Origin: a virus
Taxonomy: Duplodnaviria; Heunggongvirae; Uroviricota; Caudoviricetes
Strand: one strand, 5' to 3'
DNA: 64,000 nucleotides
Virus record (IMG/VR): IMGVR_UViG_2724679237_000005
Span: 44,631 to 108,630 of that record
The notes under the pieces were generated by a model. That model made no database searches and was not told the DNA's origin. It worked only from the letters and a program-made list of their open reading frames with translations. This document shows positions 35,001 through 44,600 of this stretch, piece after piece. The translations under genes and the position numbers were made by a program. Each line of letters begins with the position of its first letter. The stretch's first letter is position 1.

Positions 35001-35720
35001 TTAGACCATCCCTTTCTGGTGTCTTCTTACCTGCGACCAGGCGATAAATCCAGCCACAACAATAGTGGCAATACCGAAGATGATGCGTACTGTATCCCCG
35101 CTAGAGATATGACCTTGTGCTTTATCCATAGCAGCGGAAACCTGCGGCATAACATCGGCCAGCTGCGCCAGACCAATACCTGCTGTAACAGTTGCGCCTG
35201 CTGTTTCTTTAGTTACAGGAACAGCCTTCACGGTTTTCACCGGCTTAACGACGCCAGCTCGACGCAGACCTTCCTCAATAACTTCTGCCGCATACCAGGT
35301 GTTCAGCGTTTTTAGCGGACCTCGCCCATTCTCATGGCGAATGATTGCCTCAACCAAAGGTCGAAGAATGTCGTAATCATGCAGATCGATAATCATGTCT
35401 GCGGTTACACCAACGGCTTTAGACACCTCATTAATGTAGGCGTCAGTATTGTTTTCATTCGGCGGTGCCCAGCGTTCAATAACTTCACGAATGGTATCGA
35501 TACTTGAGCCGTCTTTTGCGCGACGTTTGTCGTGGTAGGTAATTAGAGTCACCGCCAGCGCACGAATCCCCCAAACAGGGTCTTTAAACGTGCAAAAGCG
35601 CGGTTCGTCTGGATTCGCAACCAGACCTTGCCACGGTGATCCTTTATCAAGATTACCGGGGTTATTATTACGAATGCCTCTCGGAGTCTTCATCCTTGAT
35701 CTCCTGTTATTGCAGTCCAT
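35001..35720 (-). CDS. putative endolysin or lysis-associated protein with C-terminal TM helix
   Basis: Position between holin-like and spanin genes; conserved-looking motif GIRNNNPGNL; C-terminal hydrophobic helix; enzymatic class not determinable by eye. Confidence 0.35.
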   Translation of the reverse strand: MDCNNRRSRMKTPRGIRNNNPGNLDKGSPWQGLVANPDEPRFCTFKDPVWGIRALAVTLITYHDKRRAKDGSSIDTIREVIERWAPPNENNTDAYINEVSKAVGVTADMIIDLHDYDILRPLVEAIIRHENGRGPLKTLNTWYAAEVIEEGLRRAGVVKPVKTVKAVPVTKETAGATVTAGIGLAQLADVMPQVSAAMDKAQGHISSGDTVRIIFGIATIVVAGFIAWSQVRRHQKGMV

Positions 35721-36042
35721 TTTTTACGCCATACGCGGCTAACCCCAAAAGCAGTGCAGTAATAATGAACGACGTTATTTTAGAAACAATGCCGCCAAAG
35801 AACCCACTGGAGATGGAATCTAACCGGTTAAGGAGCTTGTCCAGGTTGGAGTGTTGAATACTATGTTGCGCTGGGGTCATATCACCAAAGTAGGTTTTCA
35901 GCTGATCATTGACCTCCTGGCCAATTTCTTCACGTAGCTCTTTGCCTAATTTGCCAACAACCTCCCGAGCAACGATCGCGGCAATACGCTCAACTTGCTC
36001 TGTTGTAACGCCCGCCATCTCGTTCGACATGTTTTCCTCCAT
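35707..36042 (-). CDS. putative holin / small membrane protein
   Basis: C-terminal TM helix ITSFIITALLLGLAAYGV; lysis-cassette position. Confidence 0.35.
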   Translation of the reverse strand: MEENMSNEMAGVTTEQVERIAAIVAREVVGKLGKELREEIGQEVNDQLKTYFGDMTPAQHSIQHSNLDKLLNRLDSISSGFFGGIVSKITSFIITALLLGLAAYGVKNGLQ

Positions 36043-36108
36043 GAAAAGTCAAATCGGGATGGCGGATTTATATCACATTTCACCCTTTTGTTGTAGGTGT
36101 GTACTTAC

Positions 36109-36345
36109 CTACCATTCAGCATTGCAACGGACTGATGAGAAAGCACCTACTCCTACCCATCGCCAGTTATAGATGCTACCCGCTTTGTATAAGGTATAGT
36201 CGTTCACTTTTTTAACAGCATATATGGGTATGACTGTCTCCTGTCCACCAATGATAGCCTCACCATAACATATAGGTGTCGGCAATTTCTGGCAGCCAGT
36301 AAGAGAGAGAACAACAGCTATTGTTAGAAATAATCTTTTCATCAT
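36109..36345 (-). CDS. Cor/Llp-like small outer-membrane lipoprotein (candidate superinfection exclusion)
   Basis: 78 aa, signal peptide with lipobox LTGC, encoded directly downstream of tail fibre genes. Confidence 0.45.
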   Translation of the reverse strand: MMKRLFLTIAVVLSLTGCQKLPTPICYGEAIIGGQETVIPIYAVKKVNDYTLYKAGSIYNWRWVGVGAFSSVRCNAEW

Positions 36346-36352
36346 TTACTCA

Positions 36353-36961
36353 TCAGTTATACAGATTTCTATTTATTACCGGTACTCTGCCATTTACGCT
36401 AAAACTATGGCCGCCATTAAGTTGGTTTACGAATATAGAGCTAACAGTATTTCCATATGCCGCATATCCATAAACCATTGTCATGGCCCCGCCCGGTACT
36501 GGAACCGCGAACACATTTGCATATGTTGGGATTATCGCTGGCGGGTAATCAAAAACATGCCCTCCAGAACTGTTCCACTCCGTATTATTAAGAAAGGTAA
36601 ATGAAAGTGGGATATTTGCCGTATTATAGATCTCCTCTCCTCGCGCATTGAAAAAACTCATGCCCCAAGTTTCTTTTTTGGCTATACCTTTCGAAAATAC
36701 GTATATCGTGGCACTAGAGTCGCTACCCTGACCTCCGAAACTGTAAATCACCTGGTTGTTACGCACTATTCTGTTGGCTATTAATGAAACAGCTTTCGAA
36801 TAGGCAACAAAAATCATCGGTGAACGATCTGGAGATATTTGGGTGTTAAACTCTGTCCCGCCGGACAAAGAAACAACCTGCTTTCTCTGAAAAACGATAG
36901 GAGACAAAGAAGGAGACATCCAGACCTTCCCGTCAGATCGATATATCTTGCTTCCGTACAT
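36353..36961 (-). CDS. tail fibre-associated protein (202 aa)
   Basis: Gly/Ser/Asn-rich, translationally coupled (TAATG) to upstream gene, downstream of side tail fibre. Confidence 0.45.
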   Translation of the reverse strand: MYGSKIYRSDGKVWMSPSLSPIVFQRKQVVSLSGGTEFNTQISPDRSPMIFVAYSKAVSLIANRIVRNNQVIYSFGGQGSDSSATIYVFSKGIAKKETWGMSFFNARGEEIYNTANIPLSFTFLNNTEWNSSGGHVFDYPPAIIPTYANVFAVPVPGGAMTMVYGYAAYGNTVSSIFVNQLNGGHSFSVNGRVPVINRNLYN

Positions 36962-37215
36962 TATTTTTGAAAAACCAATATGTTTAAATTACCACTAGCT
37001 CCAGACCACGAAATGGTATTTCCAGAAACCGTAAGACTTGTGTATTTTCCATTGGTTACGTCCATTATGTAATAGTCGATTCCCAATCCCGCCTCAACCT
37101 CATATGTTCTACTTCCTGAACCAGAGGGAGTAAAATAATCGAGATAATAAACAGGGGCCAACGCATCGACCATCTCCTGTCTTGATGGCGACCAAACCTG
37201 TGCACCATAGCTCAT
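36961..37215 (-). CDS. hypothetical tail-associated protein (84 aa)
   Basis: ORF between fibre gene and 202-aa gene. Confidence 0.4.
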   Translation of the reverse strand: MSYGAQVWSPSRQEMVDALAPVYYLDYFTPSGSGSRTYEVEAGLGIDYYIMDVTNGKYTSLTVSGNTISWSGASGNLNILVFQK

Positions 37216-37275
37216 AAATATATCCTTATACTTTTAAGCAGGGGCTGGTTTAGTTCCAGCCCCGATTGAAGTTGT

Positions 37276-40200
37276 TTATTCTTTAGGTGAATTTAACTTC
37301 GTTTCAAGCTCCTCAACCCTTTTGGTCAATTGCTGAATATGATGAATGAGTGGTACAACCAAACGCTCATACATCACTCCTTCAGCGACCATACCATTTG
37401 AGGAAATATCTCCTGGAGAATCATTATTTGTTGGTTCACGCCAATGGACATATTGCGGGGCAATCTCACCAACCTCTTCAGCAATAAGGCCGTAATACCC
37501 CCAATCCTTTCGGTCACCTCGACAAATTGAACGATACCAAACAGGTCTTAATGACAAAAGTTCATCAGCATATCGATCTTGTAATGTTTCAATATCCTTT
37601 TTATAGCGCCTTGAAGATGTTGAACGCCAAACTGTATTGATACCTGGGTTTGGATCAATGTACATATTGGCACCGCTAGTAGTTGTGCCAATATCCCATA
37701 TAGCAAACCCTCCACTACCGCCTGATTTGACAACCAGTGTTTCAGCAATAATATCCAGGTTGCCACTATAGCCTGTCAGTGATGATCTGCTTGCATAGGA
37801 ACTTAGAAGGTTTGTTACCTCTGTTTTCGTATAAGCATTAAGGTTAGCCGCAGTCAAAGTAATATCGGCAGAGCCATCAAACGCCACACCAGCAATTTTC
37901 CTTGCTGTCTGCAATTTTGTGGCTGTTGCGGCATTACCAGTAGTATTCTGATTACCGGTTGTATTCACACCAGGGATTGAATCCTTAGCGGTATATACCT
38001 GCGCCCACGCTGACCATGCCGCATCAGTGGTATCTCTTCTGGAGCGAATGAAAACCGGCGCATGTGCACCGCTCGTACCACTCCAGCCAATAAGCAACTC
38101 GCCCTCACCAGCAGCACTCGCACCTTTCATGTGCAATACGTTGCCATACGTGGTCGGGTAGCTATTGTTGTACGCCTCGTACATTTGAATGCCAGCAGTA
38201 CCTTGAGTAGAACCGCTTAAAGCCGTAACTCGACCACGAGAAACCAATGTATTAATATTGATATCACCTGAACCATCAAACTTAACACCATTGATGTTTC
38301 TCGCTGTTTGCAACTTCGTAGCTGTTGAAGCATTGCCATTCAAGCTACCATTTACGCCACCAGTAACATTTAGTCCATTACCAATAGACACAACACCGCT
38401 GCTATTATTAATTATAATCGGTCGCAAACTGTTCCATGAACCTAACGTATCTCCTGATGCTGTTAGCATGAAATATGTGCTGCCGCCGTCATTACGGATA
38501 AAGAACCCGTAGTTACCGTAAGCAATGCGGAAACCATTTGCATATTTTGAAACGATCTCACCAGAAGACGTTAACCCTCCAGATAATGTGCCACCTGAAA
38601 GCGGTAATGCTCCTACATCAGAAGCTGTTGGTTTGTTTCTAGTGTTATAAGAACGACGCCAGCCTGGTGCATAATCACTTCCATTGTACACATAAATAAA
38701 TTCCGCATTGTTAACACCACCATGACCCGATGTTGTTGTCGTTGTAACACGAATAGTGTAGTGGCTTGTTGCCTTATTACTAAACACCTCAATCACGGAA
38801 CCAGATAGATCGATCCTACCGCAACCAGTGTCGTCTATATAATTATTGTTGGCGTAAGTCCATGAGCACCGTGCGATCCAATGTTTGTTTGTAAATGCCC
38901 CCTGATTATTTAGCCAAGTTATAAATTGAGCAGTCGTAAATGCCGTTCCGTTACCACTATTTAACCATCCAGCGGCAGCGGTTGGCGCGTTTATATCAGC
39001 CGGCTGAGGCATAAATCCAGTCGTGTAAACCTGCTCCCAACCACTTTCAAAACCATAGCCATCTCTTGAGGAACGGTAGAACAGACCACCATTTTTATAG
39101 TGAGCTTTAATTTGAAGCGTACGGCAACTACCTACACCGGTATAAAAGTTGGCAAGAATATAACTGTCGCCTGTTCTAGTTACATTGTAAGCACCAGATT
39201 CAGCATTCCACGGCACGCCACCATCAGCATCCGCATATGACCCTGTTGCCCTTCTTGCGAAAGCGGCAACATGCGCAGCGGTTAAAGTGATATCAGTAGA
39301 ACCATCAAATGGAACACCGGATATTTTTCTTGCAGTCTGAAGTTTTGTAGCAGTTGCAGCATTACCAGTGGTGTTCTGATTACCCGTAGTGTTTACACCT
39401 GGAAGGTTGATATTTGCAGAACCGTCGAAACCAACTCCACCGATAGATCTTGCCGTCTGCAATTTCGTTGCTGTACTTGCATTACCATTTAATGTTCCGG
39501 TGATCCCACCAGTAACAGACAACGGACCTGAAACTGTTCCTCCGGTTGTTGGCAGTGCTCCAATATCTAACGGCGTCGGTTTCTGATGTGTGCTATACAT
39601 CGTATAAACAACACCATCGGTAACGCTGGAAGGCTTACTCGCTGAATATGTTGGCGATGTATAAATAGAAACTGACGCATTTGCAGTACAATCCCAATGG
39701 ATATTTACACTCGTCGCATAATTGCCAATTTCAACGTAAATATCATATGTATCGCCGGATGTGTTGATCCAGGCGAAATTCGTTAATCCGACAGCTGTAC
39801 GCTTCCACAAAGCACCTGTAATCCCTTTGGGGTTTCCATTGCCTGCTCGTAGAACCAGTTCTGAAATGCCTGCCTGATGTGGGGAGCCGACGTTGTAACC
39901 AGCGCCACCAATCAATGCGATGTAAACGATGGAACTCGCTTGTGGCATTGTAACAGTAGCCAGTTTGAACCACCCGGCCCCGCCAGAGAAAGACATCGTT
40001 ATTGAATTTAAAGTACCAATATCTTTCGGCGTTAATGTGATATCCGCAGTCAGTGCTTTCCCGTTAATTTTTCGGTTAGATGGCACCCTGCTGTTCGCAT
40101 TGTCATTGACTACTTTAACTGCTTTTGGCGTTGCGGCCAGCGATTCACTGGTGCTGTCGACAGCACTGCTAAGTTTCACAACACCTTTAGTTGTAAGGCT

Positions 40201-41574
40201 TGCGTCTTCCATCGCAACTGCACCGGCAATCTCTTCAGCACGATCAGCAGCAGCTTCCGCACGGGTCGCAGCGGATTCAGCAGCAGTTTTGCTCTGAGAT
40301 GCTGCCGTCGCACTGCCTGCCGCCTCTGTTGCTTTCGTGGATGCCGTCGTGGCGCTGCCCTTCGCTGCTGACGCCTGTCTGGTCGCCTCATCTTTTGAAG
40401 CAGACGCAGATGATGCCGATGACGCTGCCGAACTGGCGGACGATGCGGCTGCCGTTTTTGAGGATTCTGCACGGGTTTCCGACGCTTTCGCGTTCGTTTC
40501 GGATGTCTTCGCTGCGGAAGCAGACCTCGCTGCTGCGCTGGCCTGTTCAGTGGCTTCGCCAGCCTTCGTTGTGGCTGTTGAAGCAGACGATGCGGCACTT
40601 TCTGCCGATTTTCCGGCGGCGGTGGCACTGGCTGAGGCCTGCCCGGCACTTGTTGACGCGGCACTGGCAGACGACGCAGCCGCTGTTTTTGAGCCTGCCG
40701 CAGCCGAGGCGCTCTGTCCCGCTGCCGTTTCAGAAGACCTGGCGTTCGTCTCGGACGTTTTTGCCGCCTTCGCGGAATTTCCTGCCGCCGTTGCCGAGGA
40801 AGCGGCATTACTGGCGCTCGAGGCTGCGCTCGTTTCTGATGATTTCGCTGCCTCTTTTGAGGCCGCCGCATCCCGGGCTGAGGTGGCAGCTTCTGACGCC
40901 TTCGTGGTCGCGGTGGATGCAGAAGTGGCTGCAGATTTTTGTGACGCTGCAGCATTCGTTTCAGACGTTTTCGCGGCACCGGCACTGGTGGCCGCCGCGC
41001 TTTTTGAGGACTCTGCAGCGGATGCACTTTGAGACGCTTGAGAGGCTTTTTCTCCAGCGGTATTGGCGCTTTCTGCTGCTGCGGCAGCACTGGCCGCCGC
41101 CTCACGAGCTTTGTCGCCAGCAGCATCAATCGCGTCAGTGTTATTTTTATACCACTCAACGTTTTCGTTGTGCTCGTTGACGATCTGCATTAGCGGCTTA
41201 ACGGTCACTTCTGTACCGTCTTCACGCTCGATTGTCACCTCATCCAGAGCAGTCAACCAACTGCGCATGGACTTGGAATCAGCCGACATACGCGACATTA
41301 GTGCTGTAAAGCGCGCGCTAAACTGTGTTAAGTCGCCTTCATAGGTCGTAATGATTCGGCACGGAACTTCAGACTGAGTTTCGCCGGTATAAGGTTCTGA
41401 GAGAACAATGTTCGTATCACTGGTTACGCGCTTGATCTCATACAGCTTATTGTCGGGGCCAATGACGATCATCCCCGGCAACACACCATTAGCTGTTACG
41501 TTCCAGGCTGTCCCTGCCCCAACCAGAGTATTGCTGCCCTGTGTAAATGTGATAGTACCTTCCCTGTACCACAT
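37276..41574 (-). CDS. stf: side tail fibre (lambda Stf-like) with C-terminal intramolecular chaperone domain
   Basis: Long Ala/Ser/Thr-rich segment closely resembling lambda Stf (AAKTSETNAAASQKSAATSAS...), five or more fibre repeats GNASTATKLQTAR-IxGV-FDGS, C-terminal SSRRYKKDIETL...YGLIAEEV chaperone-like domain. Confidence 0.85.
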   Translation of the reverse strand: MWYREGTITFTQGSNTLVGAGTAWNVTANGVLPGMIVIGPDNKLYEIKRVTSDTNIVLSEPYTGETQSEVPCRIITTYEGDLTQFSARFTALMSRMSADSKSMRSWLTALDEVTIEREDGTEVTVKPLMQIVNEHNENVEWYKNNTDAIDAAGDKAREAAASAAAAAESANTAGEKASQASQSASAAESSKSAAATSAGAAKTSETNAAASQKSAATSASTATTKASEAATSARDAAASKEAAKSSETSAASSASNAASSATAAGNSAKAAKTSETNARSSETAAGQSASAAAGSKTAAASSASAASTSAGQASASATAAGKSAESAASSASTATTKAGEATEQASAAARSASAAKTSETNAKASETRAESSKTAAASSASSAASSASSASASKDEATRQASAAKGSATTASTKATEAAGSATAASQSKTAAESAATRAEAAADRAEEIAGAVAMEDASLTTKGVVKLSSAVDSTSESLAATPKAVKVVNDNANSRVPSNRKINGKALTADITLTPKDIGTLNSITMSFSGGAGWFKLATVTMPQASSIVYIALIGGAGYNVGSPHQAGISELVLRAGNGNPKGITGALWKRTAVGLTNFAWINTSGDTYDIYVEIGNYATSVNIHWDCTANASVSIYTSPTYSASKPSSVTDGVVYTMYSTHQKPTPLDIGALPTTGGTVSGPLSVTGGITGTLNGNASTATKLQTARSIGGVGFDGSANINLPGVNTTGNQNTTGNAATATKLQTARKISGVPFDGSTDITLTAAHVAAFARRATGSYADADGGVPWNAESGAYNVTRTGDSYILANFYTGVGSCRTLQIKAHYKNGGLFYRSSRDGYGFESGWEQVYTTGFMPQPADINAPTAAAGWLNSGNGTAFTTAQFITWLNNQGAFTNKHWIARCSWTYANNNYIDDTGCGRIDLSGSVIEVFSNKATSHYTIRVTTTTTSGHGGVNNAEFIYVYNGSDYAPGWRRSYNTRNKPTASDVGALPLSGGTLSGGLTSSGEIVSKYANGFRIAYGNYGFFIRNDGGSTYFMLTASGDTLGSWNSLRPIIINNSSGVVSIGNGLNVTGGVNGSLNGNASTATKLQTARNINGVKFDGSGDININTLVSRGRVTALSGSTQGTAGIQMYEAYNNSYPTTYGNVLHMKGASAAGEGELLIGWSGTSGAHAPVFIRSRRDTTDAAWSAWAQVYTAKDSIPGVNTTGNQNTTGNAATATKLQTARKIAGVAFDGSADITLTAANLNAYTKTEVTNLLSSYASRSSLTGYSGNLDIIAETLVVKSGGSGGFAIWDIGTTTSGANMYIDPNPGINTVWRSTSSRRYKKDIETLQDRYADELLSLRPVWYRSICRGDRKDWGYYGLIAEEVGEIAPQYVHWREPTNNDSPGDISSNGMVAEGVMYERLVVPLIHHIQQLTKRVEELETKLNSPKE

Positions 41575-41666
41575 GTTGAATATGCTCCTTGATTTGGTGG
41601 GCTATCCTTGCCCACCATTAAGTATGTACCTACTTATTTTTACCGATATAAATATTTTTTTCTACA

Positions 41667-44600
41667 TTACAGAAGGCCAATTCTTACTCGTAGGACGTTG
41701 TTATCGTCATAAACGTCAATCCGCTGACCATTTATGACCAGTCGCCCATTACCCCCGCTATTACCGTTGATCTCAAGCGTTCCATTTTTGCCGAACCGCC
41801 ATCCAGATCTACCGCTAACAAAATTGGTAGATTGCAGATCGCCTACTTTTGCATTGGTGATTGTGCCATCCTTGATATACGCACCATTCATATAGGCGAT
41901 ACTGTTTTCGATAACAAATGGCGTGGTGATCTTCCCGTTAACAGAGTTGACCAAACCAAACCTGTCAGCCTGCACCAAAAACTGAGAAAGGCCAGTGGTG
42001 TCGATACCAAGCGCAATACCAGCAACATACTTCTGCCCTCCGCTCGTTGAAGTTTCCATTTTCAACGTCCACGCGGTTGACACTTTTTTGTTGGTATCAG
42101 CAATAGCTGTTGCCTGCTGTTGAATTGTCGCGGTATTTCCATCCACCTCTGCTTTCAGAGTATCGATTCGCCCACTCAGAGCATTATCTGCCTGCGTTCT
42201 CGCTGTCGTTTCAGTTGTTACCGCCGCGGAAATGTTGGCTGCCGTTTGAGACTCTAAGTTTGTGATTTGAGTCGCCAATGCAGCATCTTGCTCTGTACGC
42301 GTTTTCGTTTCGGTTGCTACAGCCGCTTTAATATCCTCTTTGTATTGAGAGGTCAGCTTGGTGATCTGAGACGACAACGCCGAGTCAGCATCAGTTCGAG
42401 CCTGCGTTTCAACTGCAACGGCCGCACTAATATCTTTCGCTGTCTGTGCTTTTAAACTTGAAACCTCTTTTGTTAAAGCGGTATCACCATCAGCACGAGC
42501 CGTTGTTTCTCTGGCAAGAGATGCCTCGAGATCATTAGCTTTTGCTGTAAGAGACGAAATCTGAGTGGACAATGCACTATCGGCATCAGTCCTTGCCTTT
42601 GTCTCTACAGCAACCGCTGCGGCAATATCAGTTCCGGTTTGTGCTCGCAGGCTGTTAATTTCTCGTGAGAGCGCCTGGTCAGCACTTGCTCTGGCCTCCT
42701 GCTCCTGAGTGATGGCAGCGGATATATCACCGTCAACCTTTGACTGAAGCTGGTTTATTTGTTTGGCTAACGCAGAGTCCCCGCTTGCTCGGGCCTCCTG
42801 CTCACTACGTATTGCAGCAGAAATATCATCATCAACCTTTGCCTGAAGTTGGGTGATCTGGCTTGCCAGAGCCGAATCTTCCGTTGCTCGGGCTTCTTGC
42901 TCTTCCTTAATAGCTGCGACGATATCGTTGCTTACTTTCGACTCAAGCTGAGTGATCTGTGTCGTCAGAGCTTCATCGGCAGATGTGCGAGCCTCCTGCT
43001 CTGTACTAATCGCCGCGCTGATATCTCCTTCAAACTTAGATTGCAGCTGAGTGACACGCTTTGCCAACGCTTCATCGCCATCGGCACGAGCGGTGGACTC
43101 TTCCAGAATACTGGCCTTAATGTCTTCGCCAATTTCTACGCGAATTTCCTCAACCTTCGTGGCCATTGCAGACATATCATCAGCAAAGGTTTTCTGTGTT
43201 GTTGCGATCTTCGCGTTATTGACCATCTGCTTGTGCTGGTCTTCATCTTGACGAAGAGCCAGGTCAATATTTGTTTTGGCTAACGCCTCAATGTTCGTAG
43301 TCAGTTCTGCACTGGCACGATCGACCTCTGCAACCGTCTTTTTCATTTCTTCAACGGCAGCGGAGCTTTCCTCTACCGTTGACTGCAACACTTCCAGTTG
43401 TTTAGCGTTTGCAGCATCGCCTTCAACACGAGCCTCGCTTTCCTTAGCAATAAGAGCCGCCGCTTCATCTCTTGCAGCCTTTATTGCCTCGACTGTATTA
43501 GCGAGAGCTTTATCGTGTTCAGATACGGTGTTTTCGATTTCAACAATTGCAGCATCAGTAGCATCAATTTTTTCAAACGCTTCATTGACCTTGTCGATCG
43601 TTGCCGAAACCTCACCTTTAAGCTCGGTTTGTGCGTTCTCCAAAGCATCGCTACGCTCGTTGAATTTTATTTCAAAACCCGCGAGGTTATCGCTGAACTG
43701 CTTATCTAATTCAGCTATATCTTCCTTAACGTCGTTTACCGACCCCTCCAAAGATTCGACGCTCTGGTTGATATGCTCATTTAACTCGTCAACTGCTTCT
43801 TGAGAGGCTTTGCTGTTGATGTCCTCAAGCAGAGCCTGACCAAGCTCGGAAGATGTAATTTTGCCAGCCAGGAACGACAGTACATCGCGAGTTGTCGCCT
43901 CTGTACCCAAGTTTGAGTTCGGAGGGCTTAACATACCTCGCTTGTTCGATGCTCGAACCCAGTAATACCACGTTTCGCTATCCCCAAGACCAGCATGTGT
44001 AAAGGTGGTGCTTGCAGACTCTGCGATCAGTTTCGCCGTATCCAGATTGTTGGTCTGGGATGCGTAAACATTAATGTGATCAAGGTCTACCGAATCTGGA
44101 TTAACCCAATTCAGTATCACATTACGATAGTCTCCAACGGCCGTTAATGACGTTGGTGCATCCGGCGGTGTCATTGTGCCCAGCACCTGATAAACGGTAC
44201 TGATAATTTCTGTTTTTTTACCGTTGAATGAAACCGCATACAGTTGGAAGTCGTAGCGTCCATTCTCCGCGACATTAACGATTTCGTATTGCTCTTCGGT
44301 TACACGCGCCGATTGCCAGTTCGATACATTGTTTTCATCAGAACGTCGCCAACTGATCCAATACTCTGGAGATTTTCCTTCCCATGTTGCAGTCAGTTTT
44401 ACTGACAGGTTGCCCGGGCTTGAGAGATAAGTCCCTTCAGTGATTTGCAGATTAGATGGCTTGGAGTAAGTTGGGTCCAATACCGTCGTATTCTGCGGGA
44501 TCAGCGTTGCGCCATTGTCGATTGCCTCATATTTAGACGGATTGTTCTCAACAGCGGTGATGTCAAAGCTACCCGGCGTTTCCCCCTGCGCGATGTTAAC

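Noticed and set aside
40176-41180. Long overlapping ORFs (327, 326 and 231 aa) on both strands inside the tail fibre gene
   Set aside because: They fall in the GC-rich Ala/Ser-rich low-complexity tract of the Stf-like gene; their products are Arg/Pro/Gln-rich with no start signals. They are frame artefacts of repetitive GC-rich sequence, not genes.
41587-41607. Hairpin GGTGGGC-TATCCTT-GCCCACC between the J-like and fibre genes as a terminator
   Set aside because: Not followed by a U-tract on the coding (minus) strand, so not called as a rho-independent terminator; may still be a processing site.
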